NCBI GenBank assembly: GCA_051745285.1 | Contig: JBNJDX010000002.1 | Location: 46,917 to 110,916, forward strand | Reading direction: 5' to 3' | DNA from: Spirochaetota bacterium | GTDB lineage: Bacteria; Spirochaetota; Spirochaetia; CAKZLE01 | DNA length: 64,000 nucleotides | In this document: in pieces, positions 57,509-64,000 of the stretch | Layout of the letters: each line of letters begins with the position of its first letter | Numbering within the stretch: position 1 is the stretch's first letter | The notes under the pieces: generated by a model | Database searches by the model: none | The model's input: only the letters and a program-made list of their open reading frames with translations | What the model was told of the DNA's origin: nothing | Translations under genes and position numbers: made by a program

Positions 57509-58362
57509 GCAAGCAACTCCTTTTCAAGCTGATTAATAAAGGCATCTAATAGTGAAAGCGATGTGTGCTTTCGATAGGCAGCCGTTGAACGCTGATCATC
57601 AATGGGCTTAATAAGCTTTTCATAAGCATCCCTGATCTGTCGGCTTTTGGTTGCAAACCCGTTTGCATGCTCTCCAAAAAACATCTTCTCAATAGCACGA
57701 GAGCGAACAACAGTCGGTCCCACCGCTCCAAAGGCAATCCGTGCATCATGTATGGTTGATCCAGAGATTTTTGCTATACCGCATACAGAAAGTTTTGATA
57801 GCGCATTAGCCTTGCGAGTACCAACCTTTCGATAGAAATGAAAGGTGAAGGCCTCATCAGGGATGTACATTGCAGTCAGCAGCTCATCACTATCCAGCAC
57901 GGAGACTCCAGGTCCAGTGATAAACTCATCAATGGGTACGGTTCGCTTGCCTCGCAACGAAGTCAACTCCACGGACGCATCTAACGCATAAAGTGCACAT
58001 AACGCGTCACCTGCCGGAGAAGCGTTACAGACATTCCCGGCTGCCGTTGCGATATTCCTGAGGGCGGGTGCAGCCATCTGCCGTACCGCCTCAGCAAGGA
58101 GAGCGGGCACTTCCGGTGACCGGGCAATCTCCTCCAGGGTGGCAGCAGAGCGAATGACAATCTGGCCAGCATGTTTTTCAATCCCCTGCAGTTCACTCAG
58201 GTGTGCCAGATACACCACCGGGGAGGGGAACTTCGGCAGAGTTCCCGTGGTGCTGCGATAGCGGACCATGAGATCCGTTCCGCCGGAAAAAGGAATGGCA
58301 CCGTATGTTTTGCGGATCTCAAGCGCTTCGTTCAGGTCAGCGGGTCTGTAGCCTTCTACCAT
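57505..58362 (-). CDS. xanthine dehydrogenase-type FAD-binding subunit (XdhB/CoxM-like)
   Basis: Start set at ATG 58362 (MVEGYRPADL...IPFSGGTDLMV); ATLGGNVCNASP FAD motif. The longer listed ORF would overlap the 2Fe-2S gene by about 180 nt. ATG/TAG junction ATGGTAG. Confidence 0.75.
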   Translation of the reverse strand: MVEGYRPADLNEALEIRKTYGAIPFSGGTDLMVRYRSTTGTLPKFPSPVVYLAHLSELQGIEKHAGQIVIRSAATLEEIARSPEVPALLAEAVRQMAAPALRNIATAAGNVCNASPAGDALCALYALDASVELTSLRGKRTVPIDEFITGPGVSVLDSDELLTAMYIPDEAFTFHFYRKVGTRKANALSKLSVCGIAKISGSTIHDARIAFGAVGPTVVRSRAIEKMFFGEHANGFATKSRQIRDAYEKLIKPIDDQRSTAAYRKHTSLSLLDAFINQLEKELLA

Positions 58363-58829
58363 AGTCCCTCCCCCCGTTCTGCAGCAAGCTGCACACTGTT
58401 GACAATCATATCGTACCCGGTACAGCGGCATAAATTGCCCGAGAGCCCCGTTTTTATCTCCTGTACGCTGGGATGGGGGTTGTTTTGCAGCAGCGCGGCT
58501 GCAGCCATCACCATACCAGGGGTACAGAACCCGCATTGCACTGCTCCGGCATCTGCAAATGCTTCGATCAGACAGCGTCCTGCTTCAGTCTCTCTCAATC
58601 CTTCGAGGGTCTGCACGCTCCGTCCTTCGAGCATGCCCAGAGGGACCATACAGGAATTTACCAGCTTATTGTCAAGCAAAATTGAACAGGCACCGCATTC
58701 ACCCTCGCCGCAGCCCTCTTTGACAGCGGTCAGTCGCAGATCTTCCCGCAGGACATCCAAGAGCCGCTTGGTCATGGGAGCGGTAATACTGACCTGTTTA
58801 CCATTAAGTTCGAATGATACACTACTCAC
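58356..58829 (-). CDS. xanthine dehydrogenase-type [2Fe-2S] iron-sulfur subunit (XdhC/CoxS-like)
   Basis: 157 aa. Both cluster motifs intact (GCGEGECGACSIL; QCGFCTPGM; NLCRCTGY). GTG start at 58829 with GGAGGTGA RBS; overlaps the upstream Mo-subunit stop. Confidence 0.9.
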   Translation of the reverse strand: MSSVSFELNGKQVSITAPMTKRLLDVLREDLRLTAVKEGCGEGECGACSILLDNKLVNSCMVPLGMLEGRSVQTLEGLRETEAGRCLIEAFADAGAVQCGFCTPGMVMAAAALLQNNPHPSVQEIKTGLSGNLCRCTGYDMIVNSVQLAAERGEGLW

Positions 58830-60960
58830 TGTGCTTCACCTCCGTGATGTACTCGGGAGTAACGGGTATGGTGTGTATGCCCCGGTCTATCGCGTACTGC
58901 ACAGCGTCAGCGAATGCAGCGGCAGCTCCGTCAAATACGAGTTCACCAAGTCCCTTTGCTCCAAACGGTCCATACTCATAGGGGTTTTCTTCCAGCTGAC
59001 TGCTCATCATGGGAAAATCCAGGGAGGTTGGAATAATATAATCGGCAAGGGTATTCTGCCGAAAGCCCCCACCGGTATACTCAAGTTTTTCCATACTTCC
59101 ATACCCGAGGGCCTGAATAACGCCACCATGGACCTGCCCGTGAACAATCATCTCGTCGATTGGTTCCCCAACATCATGAATTGTCCAGATACCGGTTGTC
59201 TCTACTTCATTCGTCAGCTCATCGACTGAAACCTCTACGACACATATTCCCCACCCGTAGGTCGGATAGGCATCCCCCTGAAAGGTATTCTGGTCCCAGC
59301 TGTAACCGGATGGGTGCACATAGTGTTCCTCGATTTCTATCTCTCCCGGCTCGTCCCAGCGCTCTTTTAACTTGGCAGCAGCCCGTTCTACGAGCTTTCC
59401 CACCACCATAAGGGACCGGGAGGCTACCGTGGGTCCCGAATCTGGTACTACGGATGTATCAGCGGCCACACAACGCACATCATCAAGAGGCAACTCTAAT
59501 ACCCGGGCTGCAATTTTCGGAAAGGTTGTCTGCAGTCCCTGCCCCATCTCTACGTTTGACAGCAGGATGGAGACCGTGCCTCCGGTCTCTCTTCGCAGCC
59601 GAACCTTGCCTTTGATAATCTCCTGCTCACCGTTTCCGGTAAAACCGGCCCCGTGATTATAGAAGGAGACCCCAATGCCGCGTCCACTTCCCGGGGTATA
59701 ACGCTGTAGTTTCTCGTACAAGCCGCTTTTGAGAGCAACTTTATCAAGCATAGCTGGGAGTTTGACAACATCATGTACTTTCCCGTTCGTTACAGTCAGT
59801 TCTCCCTGGGTGATAAAATAGCGTTTTTTCAGCTCGACAGGCTGCACCCCAAGCTGCCTGGCGATATGGGACATGTGCATCTCAGCGAGGAAAATGCCCT
59901 GAGGAGCCCCAAAACCGCGAAAAGCATCAGCAGGAAAGGCGTGAGTGGCAACCGACCTGCCTCTGATGTGCACGTTGGGAATGTTGTAGACACTGTTTGC
60001 CGAGAAGATCGCCCGCTGCAGTACAATGTTAGAACAGCTCAGGTATGCTCCGGCGTTAATGGCCAAATCCACGTCCATGGCGATAATATTACCGTCTTTG
60101 TCGATACCGGTTCGAAACCTGCCTTGGCTCGGGTGTCGTTTTGCGGTAAAGCTGATATCTTCACTGCGGTCATAAATAACCTGGATGGGTTTTCTGACCG
60201 CATTGACAGCAACCACCAGCGGAGCGGCGATGATATCGGGAAAATGTTCTTTCCCGCCGAAGGCACCACCTGTAGTTGCCTGCCTGACAACAATCTGGTC
60301 ATAATCGGTATTGAGCACAGAGGCCACTGCCTTGCGAATGTAGAACGGACACTGACAGGATGCTGTTATCACATACTTGCCGTCCTCATACGAGCCTACC
60401 AGAGACTGAGTCTCCATATAGATATGTTCCTGATAACCAGTGGTAACCTCGTCTTCAATCACCTCTACAGCCTGCTGGAAGGCCTTTTCAGGATTACCTT
60501 TGGTCAAATGGATATCGGTATAGAGATTATCATCACCTCGAAGCGGACCGCCTTTGAGCGCCAGTCCTTCATCAATGGTCAAGGCAGCCTCAAGCTCTTC
60601 ATACTCAATGGAGATCTGCTGTTCAAGTTCAAGAAGCTGTTCCTTATCCGGGCCGACGAGCATGCCGACGGTCTCTCCGTAAAAGCGGACCTCTCCGTCG
60701 CAAAAGACCGGCCAGTCTGCCTCAATCTGCTGGATCTCATTCTTGCCTCCCGCGGGAATATCATCCTTGGTAATGAAAAAATATCCCTCAGGAAGATCGG
60801 GAACATGCACAGCGGTGATATAGGCATGAGAGCGCAGTGCCCTGATCATTCTTGCGTAGTGAAGATCTTCAAAGGACAAATCAGCCAAGTACCGGGCGTA
60901 CCCGCCGGCCTTGTCCAACGCATCCACTCTGCGGACCGAATCACCAATGTTTCTGTTCAT
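58822..60960 (-). CDS. xanthine dehydrogenase-type molybdopterin-binding large subunit (XdhA-like)
   Basis: Ald_Xan_dh hammerhead and MoCo-binding domains. Start set at ATG 60960 (MNRNIGDSVRRVDALDKAGG) with GGAGGAT RBS; the listed ORF extends to 61038. Confidence 0.8.
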   Translation of the reverse strand: MNRNIGDSVRRVDALDKAGGYARYLADLSFEDLHYARMIRALRSHAYITAVHVPDLPEGYFFITKDDIPAGGKNEIQQIEADWPVFCDGEVRFYGETVGMLVGPDKEQLLELEQQISIEYEELEAALTIDEGLALKGGPLRGDDNLYTDIHLTKGNPEKAFQQAVEVIEDEVTTGYQEHIYMETQSLVGSYEDGKYVITASCQCPFYIRKAVASVLNTDYDQIVVRQATTGGAFGGKEHFPDIIAAPLVVAVNAVRKPIQVIYDRSEDISFTAKRHPSQGRFRTGIDKDGNIIAMDVDLAINAGAYLSCSNIVLQRAIFSANSVYNIPNVHIRGRSVATHAFPADAFRGFGAPQGIFLAEMHMSHIARQLGVQPVELKKRYFITQGELTVTNGKVHDVVKLPAMLDKVALKSGLYEKLQRYTPGSGRGIGVSFYNHGAGFTGNGEQEIIKGKVRLRRETGGTVSILLSNVEMGQGLQTTFPKIAARVLELPLDDVRCVAADTSVVPDSGPTVASRSLMVVGKLVERAAAKLKERWDEPGEIEIEEHYVHPSGYSWDQNTFQGDAYPTYGWGICVVEVSVDELTNEVETTGIWTIHDVGEPIDEMIVHGQVHGGVIQALGYGSMEKLEYTGGGFRQNTLADYIIPTSLDFPMMSSQLEENPYEYGPFGAKGLGELVFDGAAAAFADAVQYAIDRGIHTIPVTPEYITEVKHSE

Positions 60961-60986
60961 ACGCTGTATCCTCCGCAGCAAATATA

Positions 60987-62207
60987 CTAAGCTTTCTCGC
61001 CAAGTGCATAGGGAAGCTTGGCATAAAATGCTGCACAAATTTCGAGATCGTCGATTCTGTTGATCTCGTTAGGAGCGTGGGCCTGATTTTCATCGCCCGG
61101 ACCAAAGCCGATAGCAGGTATCTTGTGGCGTCCGGTAGTGGCCACACAGTTTGTTGAGAAGGTCCACTTATCCACCACCGGTTTGTTGCCGTAGAGACTG
61201 CTGTAGGCAGCCACGCCAGCCTGAACGATCTGATGGTCCTCAGGAATCTTCCAGGTCGGGAAATAGAGTTCCTGACCGTAGTCAGTATTCTTCCATCCCC
61301 GTTTGGTGTACTGAGGCATTTCAACCGTAATTGCATCCTCACTCTCGCCAATTGCCTTGCTCATGTACTGTTTCACCTGTTCAATGGCGAGCTTTTTATC
61401 CTCACCCCAGGTCAGCCGGCGGTCAAGATAGAGCATAGCCTGATCGGGTACCGCACATTGAGAGGGTCCTTTTACATCAATCTGAGAGACGACAATGGTT
61501 CCCTTCCCGAGGAAATTACCCTCATCGGGCTGCAGATCCTCATTGAGTTTCTCCATTGCGAGGGCAGCTCTGGCGGCCTTATACGCCGCACTCTCTCCCC
61601 GCTCGGGAGCTGAGCCGTGCGAAGCGATTCCCTTAATCCGTACGACCATCTCCATCCTGCCGCGGTGTCCGCGGTAGAGTCGGCAACTAGTCGGTTCGGT
61701 TGATACAACGAAGTCCGGCTTAAACTGTTCCTCTTCAATGAGATACTTCCAACACATGCCGTCGCAGTCTTCCTCCATCACCGTAAAGGTGAAATAGACA
61801 CTGTACTCTCCGTCATAGCCTAGATCCTTGAGAATTCTGCCAGCGGTAATCATGGAGGCAGCTCCCCCCTTCTGATCCGAACTCCCCCGGCCTTTAACGA
61901 GTCCGTCAACAATTTCGCCGCTGAACGGATCAAACGACCACTGCGTGGGATCCCCAATTTCTACGGTGTCAATATGGGCATCAAAGGCAATCTGTTTCGC
62001 TCCGTATCCAACGCGTCCGATAACACTGCCCAGTCCGTCGATACGCACCTCATCAAAACCCGCATCTTCACACATCTTGGCTATCAGTCGGCATACATCT
62101 TCCTCCTGGGAACTGTATGATTTGGTCTGTACCATCTTTGAAAGGTTCTCGGCAGTATAATCACGATACTTTTTTGCCTGCGTTACAATGTCCTGTTCTA
62201 TACTCAT
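60987..62207 (-). CDS. ygeY: YgeY-like M20/M25/M40 family peptidase (putative selenium-metabolism hydrolase)
   Basis: Start set at ATG 62207 (MSIEQDIVTQAKKYRDY) with AAGGAGA RBS, giving 406 aa against about 403 aa recalled for E. coli YgeY. Metal ligands of the ArgE/DapE type (HIDTV; GSSDQKGG). Confidence 0.75.
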   Translation of the reverse strand: MSIEQDIVTQAKKYRDYTAENLSKMVQTKSYSSQEEDVCRLIAKMCEDAGFDEVRIDGLGSVIGRVGYGAKQIAFDAHIDTVEIGDPTQWSFDPFSGEIVDGLVKGRGSSDQKGGAASMITAGRILKDLGYDGEYSVYFTFTVMEEDCDGMCWKYLIEEEQFKPDFVVSTEPTSCRLYRGHRGRMEMVVRIKGIASHGSAPERGESAAYKAARAALAMEKLNEDLQPDEGNFLGKGTIVVSQIDVKGPSQCAVPDQAMLYLDRRLTWGEDKKLAIEQVKQYMSKAIGESEDAITVEMPQYTKRGWKNTDYGQELYFPTWKIPEDHQIVQAGVAAYSSLYGNKPVVDKWTFSTNCVATTGRHKIPAIGFGPGDENQAHAPNEINRIDDLEICAAFYAKLPYALGEKA

Positions 62208-62259
62208 CACATATCTCCTTAGTAGTAATTTTCTTCTATTTGGCTGCAGTCTTTTTGAG

Positions 62260-63591
62260 CTACAGCTGGTCAACTCGATTCCAGACCCGCTGGGCCTCCT
62301 CGGCTGCCTTGGCGTATAGCTCCTGCACGTCAAAGGGGAACTGCCGGTTTTCCATGACAATCTTCCCATCAATGATCACGGTATTCACGCTGTTGGAACT
62401 CCAGCCGAAGGCTATGTGGCCGGCGATATTGTCTGGGACCATGGGAGTTGGTGCGGCGTAATCAGAAATGACCAGGTCAGCAGCATATCCCGGCGCTATC
62501 TGCCCGAAGTTCCTTTTGAAATAGCGCTTCAGGATCTCATTCCCATTGGATAGAGCCTGCAGAAATGCTCCCGGCATCCAGGGCCCACCGGCGTCTCTAT
62601 GTTTGAAGAAGGCAACTTTTAACTCCTCGAACATATCAGGGCCAATACCGTCTGTTCCCAGGGCCAGATTCTTCACCTTTGGAAGGCGGTGGTTATACCC
62701 GACATTGTTGTTCATATTGGAACGGACATTATGTACCAGGAAGGCATCACGTTCGTTGAGCAGTTCGATATCTGCCTCGCTGAGGTGGATACCGTGGACC
62801 AGTATGCCCTTCTTATTGAGCAGTCCAAAATCATCCAATCTCCTGATGAGATCCTTTTCGTAGAGGTGGTGCGAAATAGAGGTGTCATAGGCCCCTTCCC
62901 CCACGTGCATATGAATTCCACGACCGGTCTGCTCGATTGCATCAGCTAGCTGTTCCATACCGGCATCGGAGATGGTAAACGGAGCGTGACCGCCAATGGC
63001 GGCCTGGACGAGGTGGGGTGCATACAGATCATCATCTTCTTTGTCTATCTGTGAGGCAAACTCAATATTCTCCTGTATCCCTTCTCGAGTCTCCTGCTCT
63101 CCCCCGTTGCGGTTTGTCACCTCATAACAGGTCATACCGCGTAGTCCGGTCTCCTCAAAGCCCCGTTTTATCTGGTTTAACGATCCTTTGATGTATGCAG
63201 GGCTCGCGTGGTGGTCTAGTACAGAGGTAGTTCCACAGCGGATTGCGTCCAGCGAACAAATCATGCTGGAGTAGTAGATCGACTGTTCGTCAAGAGCGCG
63301 GTCGACACGCCACCACAGGTGCTTGAGAGTTGAGATAAAATCAGGGGACGGTGGGATATTGGCTGTAATACCCCGGGATAATCCAGAATAGTAGTGATGG
63401 TGAGCACAGACCATCCCCGGATGAACGATTTTTCCAGTCGCATCGATAACGTTGTCCGCCTGAACGCTGGAGGCAGCTCCTTTGCCTACTGCGGTGATAT
63501 CTTCTCCCTGGATGACAATATCGGTGTTCTCAGAGACACTCCCCGGGGAAAACCCGATAACCGTGGCTCCTGTAATTACTGTAATACTCAT
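62260..63591 (-). CDS. ssnA: SsnA-like amidohydrolase (COG0402 chlorohydrolase/aminohydrolase family)
   Basis: Start set at ATG 63591 (MSITVITGATVIGF). HHH metal motif (VCAHHHYY). Lies directly downstream of a YgfK-like Fe-S gene, as ssnA does in E. coli. Confidence 0.7.
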   Translation of the reverse strand: MSITVITGATVIGFSPGSVSENTDIVIQGEDITAVGKGAASSVQADNVIDATGKIVHPGMVCAHHHYYSGLSRGITANIPPSPDFISTLKHLWWRVDRALDEQSIYYSSMICSLDAIRCGTTSVLDHHASPAYIKGSLNQIKRGFEETGLRGMTCYEVTNRNGGEQETREGIQENIEFASQIDKEDDDLYAPHLVQAAIGGHAPFTISDAGMEQLADAIEQTGRGIHMHVGEGAYDTSISHHLYEKDLIRRLDDFGLLNKKGILVHGIHLSEADIELLNERDAFLVHNVRSNMNNNVGYNHRLPKVKNLALGTDGIGPDMFEELKVAFFKHRDAGGPWMPGAFLQALSNGNEILKRYFKRNFGQIAPGYAADLVISDYAAPTPMVPDNIAGHIAFGWSSNSVNTVIIDGKIVMENRQFPFDVQELYAKAAEEAQRVWNRVDQL

Positions 63592-63604
63592 ATCATGTTC
63601 CTCC

Positions 63605-64000
63605 TCAAGCTTGTACCGGACCAAACAGATATCCGTAATTCTCTACCAGTTGCTCCAGGAGCACATACAGCTCATGTGAGAGCACTCCCCTCGGAGGCAG
63701 CCCTCTTTTGTCCGCTTCAACTTTGGAGACTTCTCCGTCTATGCGCAGATGCAAGGTCCGGCCGTCTAAATAGATCCCCGGGTTCTGTGATTGTGTAAAA
63801 TCATCAAGAAGACTGAATATGGTAAATTTCTCCTGGTAGGGCTTGCCCTCCCACGGACAAAATTGTGCACAGTTTCCGCATTCATTACAGTAGGCATCGA
63901 TATGGACAATCTGATAGGGATTATCAAACAATCGGGCATCCCGTACATCGACTGCCACGTTCGCCCGGTTCGGGCAGACTTCGACGCACTTGTTGCACAG
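63605..64000 (-). CDS. 4Fe-4S dicluster ferredoxin-domain protein, 3' portion only (possibly C-terminus of a YgfK-like oxidoreductase); 5' end beyond the window
   Basis: Frame open to the window edge: LCNKCVEVCPNRAN then VAVDV...YCNECGNCAQFCP gives two CxxCxxCxxxCP-type motifs. Confidence 0.55.
   Translation of the reverse strand: MCNKCVEVCPNRANVAVDVRDARLFDNPYQIVHIDAYCNECGNCAQFCPWEGKPYQEKFTIFSLLDDFTQSQNPGIYLDGRTLHLRIDGEVSKVEADKRGLPPRGVLSHELYVLLEQLVENYGYLFGPVQA

Noticed and set aside
58363-58536. N-terminal 58-aa extension of the Xdh FAD subunit (MRVLYPWYGDGCSR...)
   Set aside because: It overlaps the 3' end of the 2Fe-2S subunit gene in another frame, whereas the internal ATG at 58362 gives a classic ATGGTAG stop/start junction and a typical FAD-subunit N-terminus.
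59773-60990. 405-aa ORF on the plus strand
   Set aside because: It is antisense to the xanthine dehydrogenase Mo subunit, which shows strong family-level similarity. No motifs; spurious.
1-64000. CRISPR arrays, rRNA/tRNA genes, insertion sequences, integrases or prophage genes
   Set aside because: No regularly spaced direct repeats were found, and no transposase or integrase-like ORFs. Intergenic regions are too short or lack cloverleaf-compatible sequence. The selenium/purine island shows no flanking mobility genes within the window.

Overview
Chromosomal window from a bacterium with roughly 50% GC; gene content and order (type-2 ileS, hflKC, rpmF-acpP-rnc, short hinge-less SMC) are consistent with a spirochete, held at low confidence. 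All calls rest on reading the six-frame translations and local DNA; no database search was run.

The first ~33.8 kb is mostly housekeeping: the 3' end of an HrpA/HrpB-type DEAH helicase, aroB, a nifS-like cysteine desulfurase with thiI, ileS, cca, rnc, acpP, rpmF, coaD, the ffh-rpsP-KH-rimM-trmD-rplS operon, smc, hflKC, murE-ddl-dinB-trmL, proC, serS, pncB, an amidase and proBA.

From ~33.8 kb to the window end the sequence is a selenium and purine-catabolism island. It opens with a maturation set for selenium-dependent molybdenum hydroxylases: yqeC, yqeB (XdhC-like fusion), a class V aminotransferase, a Cys-type selD, a DUF3343 protein and a TusA-DsrE-like YedF. This is followed by a FecB/FecCD/FecE-type ABC transporter, adenine deaminase, an NCS2 purine permease and an SDR. 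Next comes a regulatory module: a 7TM-GAF-PAS histidine kinase carrying a C-terminal GNAT-like domain, a divergent ICMT-like membrane methyltransferase, and a REC-HD-GYP response regulator. The island ends in a block syntenic with E. coli ygeW...ssnA-ygfM-xdhD: a YgeW-type carbamoyltransferase, an XdhD-like fused molybdenum hydroxylase whose N-terminal 2Fe-2S-like domain has lost its cysteine ligands, a YgfM-like FAD subunit, two SsnA-like amidohydrolases, a second three-subunit xanthine-dehydrogenase-type enzyme, a YgeY-like M20 peptidase, and the 3' end of an Fe-S protein running off the window. No rRNA, tRNA, CRISPR or mobile elements were recognised.
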